The notes: generated by a model not told the origin, from the sequence alone. DNA of 64,000 nt from an uncultured Gammaproteobacteria bacterium (GCA_964515785.1 CAZEWH010000002.1:30182-94181), one strand, 5' to 3'; numbered from the stretch's first letter, positions 37,375-47,335 are shown. Numbers and translations: made by a program.

Positions 37375-38320
37375 GCGCTATTTACCATGGCTGCTCAAGA
37401 GTCTAAAAGCCCAGACATTTAGTGACTGGAAGCTTTTGGTATTGGATAATGCTTCTTCTGATAGGTCTTTGGATATTGTTAAAGAAGAAGTACCACAAGC
37501 CAAAATTATTCAACAAAAGAAAAACATTGGTTTTGACAAAGGTCATAATATGTTGATCAATTGGTCTAATTCTGAATATGTTTTAGTTTTGAATCAAGAT
37601 ATTATTTTGGATAAAGATTATCTATCTAAGTTGGTTACTTTTATGGAAGTCAATAAAAAAGTAGCTTCTTGTGCGGGTAAAATTATGCATTGGGATTTTG
37701 ACGAAGGTCTAAAAACAAAAATCATTGATTCCTTTGGCATCAAGGTTGATCGCAAAAGATCTGCTGTTGATATTGCTCAGGGTAAGCAAGATTATAAAGT
37801 AGGTAATCGGGAAGTTTTTGGTTTATCAGCAGCTGCGACCCTATATCGTCGTCAGGCTTTAGATCTTGTAGCTTTTAGTCATGGTAGTGGTAATCTAGAA
37901 TATTTTGATGAAGATTATTTTGCTTATAAAGAAGATATAGATTTGTCTTGGAGATTACGTCTTTGTGGTTGGGAAAATTGGATGGTCTCTAGTACCAAGG
38001 CTTATCATCATCGGACTGTTTCTGGTAATGGATCTTTACGTGCCAAACGTAAACTAAGAACTACAGTCAACAAATTGTCATATCGTAATCACCTTATGAC
38101 TATTTATAAAAATAGTTTTTTCAAGAATTATATTAAAGATTATTGGTATATAAAATTTTATGAATTCAAAAAATTTATTTATTTCTTAATTTTTGAAAGG
38201 TCAACTCTAAGTGGTCTGACAGAATTTATAAAATCAATTCCTAGATTAAATAAAAAAAGAAAATATATAAAAAAACATCGTCGTGTCAAAGCAGACGATA
38301 TTTATCGGTGGTTTGCCTAA
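37325..38320 (+). CDS. GT2 family glycosyltransferase (the start is probably an internal Met downstream of the track start)
   Basis: ITISLLTWNGERYL ... LVLDNASSDRS ... VLNQDI motifs. Confidence 0.75.
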   Translation: MNKQPIITISLLTWNGERYLPWLLKSLKAQTFSDWKLLVLDNASSDRSLDIVKEEVPQAKIIQQKKNIGFDKGHNMLINWSNSEYVLVLNQDIILDKDYLSKLVTFMEVNKKVASCAGKIMHWDFDEGLKTKIIDSFGIKVDRKRSAVDIAQGKQDYKVGNREVFGLSAAATLYRRQALDLVAFSHGSGNLEYFDEDYFAYKEDIDLSWRLRLCGWENWMVSSTKAYHHRTVSGNGSLRAKRKLRTTVNKLSYRNHLMTIYKNSFFKNYIKDYWYIKFYEFKKFIYFLIFERSTLSGLTEFIKSIPRLNKKRKYIKKHRRVKADDIYRWFA

Positions 38321-38323
38321 AAT

Positions 38324-39151
38324 ATGGATTTATCAATTGTTATATTAAATTATAAAAACAAAAACCTTATCAAAGAATTATTAAAAAACTTTGCTGAGTT
38401 AAAATTGCATTATAATTATGAAATTATTGTAGTTGATAATAATTCTAGAGACGGAGTAGAGGAGATAGCCAAAAAATTTAATGTAAAATTTATCCAGAGC
38501 AAAAAAAACAAAGGTTTTGCTGCTGGCAATAATATTGGTATTAAGCAAGCTTTAGGAAAATATATTATAATTTGTAATCCTGATTTGGCTATTTTGTCTG
38601 ATGCTATTCAGGTCATGTATAATTATATGGAAATTCATCCAGAAGTAGGTCTAGCTGGCCCACGACTGATCAATGCTGACAAATCAATCCAATATTCTTG
38701 TACCCGATTTCCTGATTGGCATTTGCCCATCTATCGTCGTACAAGTTTGGGTAAGGGTCGCCGTGGCCAGGCTTGGCTGGATAATTATTTGATGAAAGAT
38801 ATTAATCATAAACAAAATTTTTATACTCCAGCTTTATTTGGTGCTTGTATGATTATTAGACAATCTGCCTTAGAAAAAGTTGGCTTATTAGACGAACGTT
38901 ATTTTATGTATATGGAAGATCTTGATTGGTCACGAAGATTTTGGGAAAATAATTATAAAGTAGCTTATATTGGACAAGCTGAGATTATTCATTTGCATCG
39001 TCGCGAATCTGCAGAGTCAAATATCTTCAAATCTTTATTTGCTAAATCTGCTCGCTATCATATTTTTAGTTTTATAAAATATCTCAAAAAATTTAAAGGT
39101 AAACAATTACCTCGTGTCATCTCTACTGAAACGGAGAGATCTGAAAGATAG
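38324..39151 (+). CDS. GT2 family glycosyltransferase
   Basis: LSIVILNYKN ... VVDNNSRDG ... ICNPDL motifs. Confidence 0.8.
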   Translation: MDLSIVILNYKNKNLIKELLKNFAELKLHYNYEIIVVDNNSRDGVEEIAKKFNVKFIQSKKNKGFAAGNNIGIKQALGKYIIICNPDLAILSDAIQVMYNYMEIHPEVGLAGPRLINADKSIQYSCTRFPDWHLPIYRRTSLGKGRRGQAWLDNYLMKDINHKQNFYTPALFGACMIIRQSALEKVGLLDERYFMYMEDLDWSRRFWENNYKVAYIGQAEIIHLHRRESAESNIFKSLFAKSARYHIFSFIKYLKKFKGKQLPRVISTETERSER

Positions 39152-39188
39152 ATTTTTCGACTTTGCTTGAAATGACAATAAAAATAAA

Positions 39189-39209
39189 AAACTCCTCGTT
39201 GTGAGGAGT
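39189..39209. terminator. Hairpin aactcctc-gttg-gaggagtt; terminator of the minus-strand small-protein pair and probably also of the + GT operon
   Basis: 8-bp stem with a T-rich tract on the minus side (revcomp of 39170-39188). Confidence 0.5.
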
Positions 39210-39409
39210 TAATACAAAGGCTTTCTGGATATCCATTGCTTTTGGAATAATTTCCAAAATTTTTTGACAGGTTCACCAAATAAGATAACAGCTCCTATGA
39301 TTGGTAATACTATCTTATACATCCACCACAGTGGTTCAAAGAGGAAACTGAGGAACATCAGAAAAAGTAAAGTAGTTATGATCAGGGCTGGCAAGAAGTG
39401 TTTGAACAT
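39209..39409 (-). CDS. Small 2-TM membrane protein (66 aa), hypothetical
   Basis: Hydrophobic helices ALIITTLLFLMFLSFLF and IVLPIIGAVILFG. Higher GC than the core. Confidence 0.45.
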   Translation of the reverse strand: MFKHFLPALIITTLLFLMFLSFLFEPLWWMYKIVLPIIGAVILFGEPVKKFWKLFQKQWISRKPLY

Positions 39410-39412
39410 ATA

Positions 39413-39580
39413 TCAATCCCTTCCAAGTTGAGTAGCCAAATATGGCGGTGTGAATATAATCCCAAGGACTGCTAAGATTATTAAACCAACTACCCAAGTA
39501 GCTAGTATGCCTACAGTTAAGAAGGCAAAAAGACTAGAGATCATAAAGAATGCTTTGAACAGAGACAGTATGGCACGCAT
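39413..39580 (-). CDS. Small 2-TM membrane protein (55 aa); not in the ORF track. Co-transcribed upstream partner of the 66-aa protein.
   Basis: Hand translation gives MRAILSLFKAFFMISSLFAFLTVGILATWVVGLIILAVLGIIFTPPYLATQLGRD. AGGGGGG SD upstream. Its stop lies 3 nt before the next ATG. Confidence 0.4.
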   Translation of the reverse strand: MRAILSLFKAFFMISSLFAFLTVGILATWVVGLIILAVLGIIFTPPYLATQLGRD

Positions 39581-39618
39581 TTTGCCCCCCTTTCAGTGAA
39601 GAGAACTAAGAACAAAAT

Positions 39619-39647
39619 AAGCCTAGCAAGCTATAGATTTTTTGTCA
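39619..39647 (-). promoter_or_regulatory. Candidate promoter TTGACA-N17-TAGGCT for the small-protein pair (minus strand)
   Basis: Exact TTGACA (revcomp of 39642-39647) overlapping the T-run of the upstream terminator; 17-nt spacer. Confidence 0.35.
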
Positions 39648-39680
39648 AAAAAATCCCCCGACCAAGTTTCAGTCGAGGGG
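39648..39680 (-). terminator. Intrinsic terminator of the 141-aa gene (cccctcgac...gtcggggg + TTTTTTT on minus)
   Basis: GC stem with one bulge followed by a 7-nt T-run on the minus strand. Confidence 0.55.
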
Positions 39681-40094
39681 TTTGTATATTCTGCGTAGCC
39701 TAGATATTAGCGCTACGCTAGGAACTTTCTTAGATATTAATTCCCAGTCTTCTAGGGAACAATCACCCAAGTGAAGTAATTCACGAGCAGCTTGCTCGCG
39801 TAATTCTGGTACTAGGTCAATAATACATCTTAAATGTAATTTGATCGGGCAATCTTGTAGAAGAACTAGGGCTGCATCCTTGCGAAAATCTGGAACAGTT
39901 TCGATAATAGCACCGATTTGCCGAAAATTAGGTTTACGCAGCTTTTGATGATGATAGCGGCGCAAAAGCTCTTTGGCAGATTGGCGAGCATGAAATCTGT
40001 TTCCGTAGACCAATTTCTTGAGATAGAAATTGGAGTAAAAGTGGTGTAACCTCCAGTTTTGCCACCAGTCTCGAAGTTTTTCGAGTGTGTACAT
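39669..40094 (-). CDS. Hypothetical basic protein (141 aa)
   Basis: AGGGAG SD 7 nt upstream of the ATG. About 45% GC. No TM segment. Rich in R/H/L. No family recognised. Confidence 0.5.
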   Translation of the reverse strand: MYTLEKLRDWWQNWRLHHFYSNFYLKKLVYGNRFHARQSAKELLRRYHHQKLRKPNFRQIGAIIETVPDFRKDAALVLLQDCPIKLHLRCIIDLVPELREQAARELLHLGDCSLEDWELISKKVPSVALISRLRRIYKPLD

Positions 40095-40243
40095 GGTGAA
40101 CTCCCTATTTGTAGACGAAAAGAATGTGCTAGAGAATACTTATTAGTATATCATATTTATAGCGTTTTGTCAACGTATAGTGTTTTGTGGTTGATTTTTA
40201 GCCCAAAATTAGCTATCATTATTGTATAATTTAATTAGATTTT

Positions 40244-41740
40244 ATGCCGCAAACAAAACAAAACAGCACTGATATTAACGACGAATATCAGCAAAGATTA
40301 GCTAAAATGGAACAATTACAAGACAGTATAGACCCTTATCCTGCTCGTACAAAGCGTAGTTTATTAGTGGCTGATTTTTTATCTAAATTTAAAGATTTAC
40401 TCAAATCCCAGAAAAAACAAGTTTTAGCTGGTCGGATTATTAGTATTCGCTTGCAAGGCGGTTCTTGTTTTCTTAATTTTGTAGATGAATCTGGTAAATT
40501 ACAAGCTTTTTTACGTAAAGATAATTTAGGTGAAGATAAATTTAAAGATTTTAAAAAGAATTTTGATCAAGGTGATTTTGTAGAATTTACAGGTACTGCT
40601 TTTGAAACTAAGACTAAAGAATCAAGTATTTTGGTATCTGATATCAAAATGTTGTCAAAGACTTTGATGCCTTTACCAGATGAATATTATGGCCTCAAAG
40701 ATCCTGATCTTAGATATAGAAAACGTTATCTTGATTTACTAGTTAATCCCGAAGTTAAGAAAATTTTTGACTTACGTAGTCAGATTTTCAAGTTTATTAG
40801 AAATTATTTTGATAAACAAGGTTTTACAGAAGTAGATACTCCTATTTTGCAATCTGTAGCAGGAGGCGCTACTGCTCAACCTTTTATTACTCATCACAAA
40901 GCTTTAGATATTGATTTGTATTTACGGGTAGCCCCAGAACTTTATCTCAAAAGACTTATAATCGGCGGTTATGAAAAAGTCTATGAAATGGCTCGCTGTT
41001 TTCGTAATGAAGGCATAGATTATCAACACAATCCAGAATTTACCCAGATTGAATTTTATTGGGCTTACAAAGATTATGAATTTTTGATGGGCTTTATGGA
41101 AAAATTTATGGCCGCTCTAGTCAAAGAAGTGAATGGCGGCAAACTCAAAGTCAAAAATGGCAAAGATATTTTAGATTTTACTCCGCCATATCCTCGGATA
41201 GATTTTAAAGAAGCTTTAGATAAAGCTCTAAACATAGACATTGACAAGACTAGTGATAAAGATCTAGCTGATTTAGCCAAAAAAGCTAAACTGCCAATAG
41301 ATAAAACTTGGGGTAGAGGAAAGTTGCTTGATGAACTTTACAAAAAATATGTTCGCCAAGATATTATACAGCCAGCGTTTTTGATCAATCATCCTCTTGA
41401 GTTATCGCCATTATCTAAAAAGATTCCAGACAGACCAAACTATGTAGAGCGTTTTCAACTCTTGGTCAAAACCGCTGAAGTTTGTAATGCTTTTTCAGAG
41501 CTAAATGATCCTATTGATCAGGAAGAACGATTTAAAGAACAAAAGAAACTTCGTGAAGCAGGGGATGAAGAAGCTCAAGGTGCTGATGCAGAGTTTGTCG
41601 AAGCTCTCAAACATGGTATGCCACCAACCGCTGGGCTTGGTATGGGCATTGATAGATTAGTGATGTTATTGGGTGATATAGAAAATATCAAAGAAGTTAT
41701 TTTATTTCCAACTATGAGACCTAAAAATGAGAATAAATAA
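40244..41740 (+). CDS. lysS: Lysine--tRNA ligase (class II)
   Basis: N-terminal OB anticodon-binding domain. Class II motifs (FRNEG..., GGLGMGIDRLVMLL). Confidence 0.9.
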   Translation: MPQTKQNSTDINDEYQQRLAKMEQLQDSIDPYPARTKRSLLVADFLSKFKDLLKSQKKQVLAGRIISIRLQGGSCFLNFVDESGKLQAFLRKDNLGEDKFKDFKKNFDQGDFVEFTGTAFETKTKESSILVSDIKMLSKTLMPLPDEYYGLKDPDLRYRKRYLDLLVNPEVKKIFDLRSQIFKFIRNYFDKQGFTEVDTPILQSVAGGATAQPFITHHKALDIDLYLRVAPELYLKRLIIGGYEKVYEMARCFRNEGIDYQHNPEFTQIEFYWAYKDYEFLMGFMEKFMAALVKEVNGGKLKVKNGKDILDFTPPYPRIDFKEALDKALNIDIDKTSDKDLADLAKKAKLPIDKTWGRGKLLDELYKKYVRQDIIQPAFLINHPLELSPLSKKIPDRPNYVERFQLLVKTAEVCNAFSELNDPIDQEERFKEQKKLREAGDEEAQGADAEFVEALKHGMPPTAGLGMGIDRLVMLLGDIENIKEVILFPTMRPKNENK

Positions 41741-42320
41741 ATTATTAATAGCTAGTCAAAATCCAGGAAAGTTTGCAGAAATATCAGAACATTTGGCCAA
41801 GACAGGTATTGATTTGGTATCTTTGCATGATTTGAATATTACTCAAGACTATGAAGAAACTGGTACTACTTTTGAGGAAAATGCTGTAGCTAAAGCTAGA
41901 TTTTACCATCAATTATCGGGATTACCCACTTTGGCCGATGATTCTGGTTTATCTGTTGATGCTTTAAACGGAGAGCCTGGCATACATTCTCGCCGTTGGC
42001 CTGGCTATGCGGCTTCTGATCAAGAATTATTAGATATGTTGATGTCTAAGCTTGAAAGCACACCATTAGAAGATAGAACAGCTAAATTTAGAACTGTAAC
42101 TGCTATTGTCGATGAACAAAATATGTGGATTGGACAAGGACAAATAGCTGGGACTATTTTAGAAAAACCAGCTTCTGAAATAGAAGAAGGCTTGCCATTT
42201 AGCTGTGTTTTTCAACCCGATGGTTATAACAAAGTTTTTTCCCAACTAACAAACCAAGAAAAAAATAGTATTAGCCATCGTGGCCATGCTATCGAAGAAT
42301 TAATTAAACAATTATTTTAA
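41727..42320 (+). CDS. rdgB: Non-canonical purine NTP pyrophosphatase (RdgB/Ham1 family)
   Basis: [13 protein letters not shown] ... SHRGHA Ham1 signatures. Confidence 0.85.
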   Translation: MRINKLLIASQNPGKFAEISEHLAKTGIDLVSLHDLNITQDYEETGTTFEENAVAKARFYHQLSGLPTLADDSGLSVDALNGEPGIHSRRWPGYAASDQELLDMLMSKLESTPLEDRTAKFRTVTAIVDEQNMWIGQGQIAGTILEKPASEIEEGLPFSCVFQPDGYNKVFSQLTNQEKNSISHRGHAIEELIKQLF

Positions 42321-42324
42321 AAAT

Positions 42325-42885
42325 ATGAGAAACGCAATTTTACTTATTTTATCTATAATTATTGTCATTTTAGGTTATTATTTTTTAATTAAAACAAACG
42401 ATATGAAAACAGCTATTATCAAAACAAACAAAGGTGATATAGAACTAGAACTTTACCATGATAAAGTTCCTAAGACAGTAGAAAATTTTGTCAAACTTGC
42501 CAAAGAAGGATTTTATGATGGAGTATATTTTCATCGTGTTATTCCTAATTTTATGATCCAGACTGGTGATCCTCAAGCCAAAGGAGTAGAGGGTCAAGAT
42601 TTTGTTTATGAGCCAGATGGTAGTAGTCTACCAATTGCAGGTACTGGCGGACCAGATTACAAATTTGCTGACGAATTTCATCCAGAGCTAAAACATGATG
42701 TTCCTGGTATTTTGTCCATGGCAAATTCAGGACCAAATACCAATGGTTCGCAATTTTTTATTACTCATGTAGCTACTCCATGGCTTGATAACAAGCACTC
42801 TGTCTTTGGCAAAGTTGTCGTGGGTATGGAAGTAGTTAATAATATTATTAGAGGAGATAAAATAGAAACAATTATTATAAAATAA
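42325..42885 (+). CDS. Membrane-anchored cyclophilin-type peptidyl-prolyl cis-trans isomerase
   Basis: N-terminal TM helix followed by [15 protein letters not shown] ... [17 protein letters not shown] cyclophilin motifs. Confidence 0.85.
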   Translation: MRNAILLILSIIIVILGYYFLIKTNDMKTAIIKTNKGDIELELYHDKVPKTVENFVKLAKEGFYDGVYFHRVIPNFMIQTGDPQAKGVEGQDFVYEPDGSSLPIAGTGGPDYKFADEFHPELKHDVPGILSMANSGPNTNGSQFFITHVATPWLDNKHSVFGKVVVGMEVVNNIIRGDKIETIIIK

Positions 42886-42889
42886 TTAT

Positions 42890-44128
42890 ATGTTGGATAT
42901 AAATTTGATCCGTAATAATAAAAAAGAAATTACCAAAGCTTTATTGAAACGGGTCGACAAAAAAGATCTTGATCTTGATAAAATTATCAAGCTAGATGAT
43001 GAGCGTAAAAAAATATTGCAACAAGTAGAAGAATTAAAGTCTCAGCGCAATAAATCATCAAAAACAAAACCAGATGCCAAGACTATCAAAATGATGAAAA
43101 AACTTGGTGATGATATCAAAGATCTTGATACTAAATTATCAAAAATAGAGGATGATCTAAATACTCACTTATCTGCTTTACCAAATGTTCCAGCTGATGA
43201 TGTTGCAGCTGGTGGAAAAGAAAATAATAAAGTTATCAAGACTTTTGGATCAAAACCTGGTTTTGAGTTTAAACCTAAAGATCATGTTGAATTAGCGACT
43301 GATTTGGGCTTGATTGATTACAAACGAGGTGCCAAGATGTCAGGAGCTGGATTTTGGGTATACATAGGTGATGGAGCTTTGCTTGAATGGGCTTTATTAA
43401 ATTATTTTGTAGATTTTCATAAGCAAAATAATTATCAATTTATGATTCCGCCGTATTTGTTATCAGAAAAATCTGCTTATATCTCTGGGCATTTGCCAAA
43501 GTTTAGAGATGATCTTTATTGGACACAAGATAAGCTTTGTCTCAATGCTACTAGTGAAATGATGTTAGGCAATTATCATGTGGATGAAATTTTAAATGAT
43601 TTGCCCAAAAAGTATTTTGCTTTTTCTCCTTGCTTTCGTCGTGAAGCTGGAGCTTATCGCAAAGAAGAAAGAGGTATGATTCGTGGTCATCAATTTAATA
43701 AGATCGAAATGTTCCAGTTGACTACTCCTGACAAATCATGGGATGCTTTTGCAGAATTACAAGACAATACTGAAAAATTAGTAGAAGGCCTAGGCTTGCA
43801 TTATACTAGTGTGCAGCTTGCAGCTAAAGATGCTAGTGCTGCTATGGCCAAAACTATTGATATTGAAATCTGGCTACCAAGTATGAATACCTATAAAGAA
43901 GTATCTAGTGTATCCAATGCTTTGGATTATCAGGCTCGCCGAGGTAATATAAAATTCAAAGACGAGGATGGTCAAAATAAATTTGTTCATACACTCAATG
44001 CTTCTGGTCTAGCTACTAGCCGTGTTTTACCAGCTATTTTAGAACAATTTCAACAAGCTGATGGTTCTGTGATTATCCCTAAAGTTTTACAAAAGTACAT
44101 GGGGGGTCAAAAAATCTTAAAACCATAA
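42890..44128 (+). CDS. serS: Serine--tRNA ligase
   Basis: N-terminal coiled-coil arm and a class II core (FRREAGAYRKEERGMIRGHQFNKIE, GLATSRVL). Confidence 0.9.
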   Translation: MLDINLIRNNKKEITKALLKRVDKKDLDLDKIIKLDDERKKILQQVEELKSQRNKSSKTKPDAKTIKMMKKLGDDIKDLDTKLSKIEDDLNTHLSALPNVPADDVAAGGKENNKVIKTFGSKPGFEFKPKDHVELATDLGLIDYKRGAKMSGAGFWVYIGDGALLEWALLNYFVDFHKQNNYQFMIPPYLLSEKSAYISGHLPKFRDDLYWTQDKLCLNATSEMMLGNYHVDEILNDLPKKYFAFSPCFRREAGAYRKEERGMIRGHQFNKIEMFQLTTPDKSWDAFAELQDNTEKLVEGLGLHYTSVQLAAKDASAAMAKTIDIEIWLPSMNTYKEVSSVSNALDYQARRGNIKFKDEDGQNKFVHTLNASGLATSRVLPAILEQFQQADGSVIIPKVLQKYMGGQKILKP

Positions 44129-44131
44129 ACA

Positions 44132-45220
44132 ATGCTAACTTGGATAGAGCTTAATAAAAAAAATCTCTTACATAATATTCAGCAATTTAAAAATATAGCT
44201 CCGCAGTCTGCTATTTGGCCGGTAGTCAAATCTAATGCTTATGGTCATGGGGTCAAAGAAGTTGTTGAAATTTTAAACAAAGACAAAAATACTACTGGGT
44301 TTATGGTAGTAAATTTAGATGAGGCTTTAGAATTATCAGATTATACTAGCAAGCCTATCATGGTATTGAGTTATTTTACTAGAGCAGGGGAGAGTCTAAA
44401 AATAGCAGCTGAAAAAAATATATCTTTGCCACTTTGTAGTCTAGAGTGTGCAGATTATTTGGATAGTTTGAATAAAAACTTTTTAGTAAATATAAAAATA
44501 GATACTGGTACTTCGCGACTTGGTTTTACAGTAGAGGAGAGTGAAGAAGCTATCAAATATATTCAAAACAAAAAAAATCTAAAAATAAATAGCATTTATA
44601 CTCATTATGCTGAATCAGAAAGTGCTGATCTAGATTTTACTAAGCAGCAATTTAAAATTTTTAAAAATATTACTAATCAATATTCTGATATTAAAAGCCA
44701 TTCTGTATGTTCAGCAGCTGCTATTTCTTTACCACAAGCCCAGAGTGATATAGTCAGATTAGGTATATCATTGTATGGTTTATGGCCAAGTCAAGAAACC
44801 AAAGATAGAAATAGTATTGATCTTAGGCCAGTATTATCTTGGCAGACAAAAATTATTCAAATCAAAGATATTAAAGCTGGTCAGACTATCGGCTATAATA
44901 GAACATATAAATGCGAGCAGGATTGTAAAATTGCCATCTTACCTGTTGGATATTATGAAGGTTACTCGCGTAGTTTATCTAATAAATCTCAAGTTATTAT
45001 CAAAAATAAAAAATATAATATCAAAGGTAATATTTGTATGAACCTAATGATGATAGAATTGCCTCAAGATACAAATATCAAAGTAGGGGAAGTAGCTACA
45101 CTCTTGGGTAAGCAAGGAGATCAAAAAATTACTGCTGAAGACTTAGCTAGTTTATCTCAGACTATAAATTATGAAATAATTACAAAAATAAATTATAATT
45201 TACCCCGTGTGATTGTTTAA
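44132..45220 (+). CDS. alr: Alanine racemase
   Basis: PVVKSNAYGHGV PLP-binding Lys motif; 362 aa. Confidence 0.85.
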   Translation: MLTWIELNKKNLLHNIQQFKNIAPQSAIWPVVKSNAYGHGVKEVVEILNKDKNTTGFMVVNLDEALELSDYTSKPIMVLSYFTRAGESLKIAAEKNISLPLCSLECADYLDSLNKNFLVNIKIDTGTSRLGFTVEESEEAIKYIQNKKNLKINSIYTHYAESESADLDFTKQQFKIFKNITNQYSDIKSHSVCSAAAISLPQAQSDIVRLGISLYGLWPSQETKDRNSIDLRPVLSWQTKIIQIKDIKAGQTIGYNRTYKCEQDCKIAILPVGYYEGYSRSLSNKSQVIIKNKKYNIKGNICMNLMMIELPQDTNIKVGEVATLLGKQGDQKITAEDLASLSQTINYEIITKINYNLPRVIV

Positions 45221-45273
45221 TATTAAATATTTAACGACACATATATAAACTAAAGAAATCAGAGAGTAGAGTA

Positions 45274-46101
45274 ATGTCAAGAATTAAGACAAAAACTACC
45301 TGGCAACGTCACTTACCACAAAAACCCCGTAGGGTGTACCGTGGCTATTATCAGGCACAGAAAAAAAAATCAAACAAAAAAATTATTCGTATTATTTGGT
45401 TGATAGTTTTTATTTTTTTGTTGCAAAGTATATGGCAATTGCCGTTTTTACGTATAGATAATATAAATATTCATAACAATCAAGATACAACTATTCAAGA
45501 GATCAAAGAATCTATTGAACCTGAGCTTACAGTCAGTCGTTGGTTGATATTCAAAAACAATAATTACTTTTTATTTGATAGTCAGTCCATGAAAGACATA
45601 CTGATACTTGAATATAATCTGGATGATGTTGTTATTACAAAAAAATTTCCAAATACTATTGATGTTACTGTTCATGAAAAAGTTTCTCATTTTATTTGGC
45701 AAAAAGATGATACTTTATACCTTTTGGATAGCAATGGGGCCTTAAATCGCCAAATAAGAGCTTTGGATAATAAATACCTTATTTTACGGGACCTAAGAAC
45801 ATCTACATCTAATAATGATATAAAATTTAGTCCCGAAGAGATAAATATTATTCATCAAATATATCTGAAGTGGTTTGAACTAGTTGGCTCCAAAGCCAAA
45901 CTTGTTAGAATTGATATAGACGATGACTGGAATTTATTAGAATTGTATACTGAAGTTGGTTATTATGTAAAACTAGATGCTAGTGAAGATATTACAGAAC
46001 AATTAGATAACTTAAATAAAATATTATTTGCCGGCAATATAACTGGAGTAGATATAGACTATATTGATATACGCTTTGGTGATAAGGTCTTTTTTAAATA
46101 A
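45274..46101 (+). CDS. Cell division protein FtsQ/DivIB-like (N-terminal TM + POTRA)
   Basis: Basic N-terminus, one TM helix (IIWLIVFIFLLQSIW), then a ...KFPNTIDVTVHEK POTRA-like segment. Confidence 0.55.
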   Translation: MSRIKTKTTWQRHLPQKPRRVYRGYYQAQKKKSNKKIIRIIWLIVFIFLLQSIWQLPFLRIDNINIHNNQDTTIQEIKESIEPELTVSRWLIFKNNNYFLFDSQSMKDILILEYNLDDVVITKKFPNTIDVTVHEKVSHFIWQKDDTLYLLDSNGALNRQIRALDNKYLILRDLRTSTSNNDIKFSPEEINIIHQIYLKWFELVGSKAKLVRIDIDDDWNLLELYTEVGYYVKLDASEDITEQLDNLNKILFAGNITGVDIDYIDIRFGDKVFFK

Positions 46102-46199
46102 TAAGCTATTATTGCTTATTATTTTTTATTACACTAATTGAGTATAATATCTCTTACACTCAGTTTGACATAGTATATTTTATTATATATACTTAAAAC

Positions 46200-47165
46200 A
46201 TGGCTAAAACAAAGCAAAGCAAACAAAAGCATCATCTTCCCCTCTTGGACGAGTTCTTGGAGAATATTCAGTCTAATAACTACTCCCCAGAGACTGTTTA
46301 CAATTATGAACGGGACTTAAATACTTTTGCCAATTTTTTGAACGAAGATATTAAGACAGCTTTTAATAAACTTACTAAGCGATCAATTATAAAGTTTAAG
46401 GCTTACCTCTCCTCTACTTCCAGACGGACAGCCCTACATGAAGCTGGTCAAAGAAAATTATCAAGTTATAGTATCAATAGAATTTTGTCGGCTTTGAGGT
46501 CTTATCTCAAATTTTTGGTTGATATGGATCAACATCCACCTATTACAGCTGATGCAGTCAAGATGCTTAAAACAGAAAAGAAGTATGGTCAGGTACCAGA
46601 GATGACTGAACTTATCAAACTTATAGAAGCACCAAATAAATTTGAAAAAGATTCAAATATAGCTTTACGTAATCGAGCTATGTTAGAAACTTTATTTGCT
46701 ACTGGTATGCGTATTTCTGAATTATTATCTCTCAAGCGTCAGCAACTTGATCAATCTGGTCGGATTTATGTGATGGGTAAAGGTAAAAAACAACGTTTTG
46801 TTTATTTGACTCCTCGCGCTATCAAACATATTTCTGCTTATCTTAAGACTAGACATGATGATTCACCTTTTTTGTTTATTCCTTATCGTGGTCGCAACAA
46901 TGCTAATAAAAACAAAAAAATATCAACTAATTATTTGCAATACAAAATAAAACGCTATCGTGAGTTGTTGTCTATAAATATTCCAATTTCAGCTCACTCT
47001 ATTAGACATAGTTTTGCTACTTATTTGGCAGAGTCAGGTGCTAATCCAGCTGCTATCCAGATTTTACTTGGTCACGAGTCTTTGGATACTACCACTCGTT
47101 ATGTACATGCTTCTGATAGATATGCAGAAAAAAGTCATACTAAATATCATCCACTTAAATCATAA
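46200..47165 (+). CDS. Tyrosine site-specific recombinase (XerC/XerD family)
   Basis: R...HxxR...Y catalytic set: RNRAMLETLFATGMRISEL, HSIRHSFATYL, LLGHESLDTTTRYVH. Confidence 0.8.
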   Translation: MAKTKQSKQKHHLPLLDEFLENIQSNNYSPETVYNYERDLNTFANFLNEDIKTAFNKLTKRSIIKFKAYLSSTSRRTALHEAGQRKLSSYSINRILSALRSYLKFLVDMDQHPPITADAVKMLKTEKKYGQVPEMTELIKLIEAPNKFEKDSNIALRNRAMLETLFATGMRISELLSLKRQQLDQSGRIYVMGKGKKQRFVYLTPRAIKHISAYLKTRHDDSPFLFIPYRGRNNANKNKKISTNYLQYKIKRYRELLSINIPISAHSIRHSFATYLAESGANPAAIQILLGHESLDTTTRYVHASDRYAEKSHTKYHPLKS

Positions 47166-47178
47166 AATAAAAACCCCG

Positions 47179-47268
47179 CTAGTTGGCAGGGTTGTAGATC
47201 CAGAGCACATAAGCTGATCTGATCAGGATCAGCGAAGCTGCTAGGATAAAAGCTATGGCTGGAACCAT
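47179..47268 (-). CDS. Tiny hydrophobic ORF (29 aa), weakest of three
   Basis: MVPAIAFILAASLILIRSAYVLWIYNPAN. No clear SD. Listed for completeness. Confidence 0.2.
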   Translation of the reverse strand: MVPAIAFILAASLILIRSAYVLWIYNPAN

Positions 47269-47335
47269 AATTTTTTTGGATACTTTGATGTCAATGCATT
47301 TGACTTTGTTGTGTTGCTCCAAAATGTTTCTCCGT

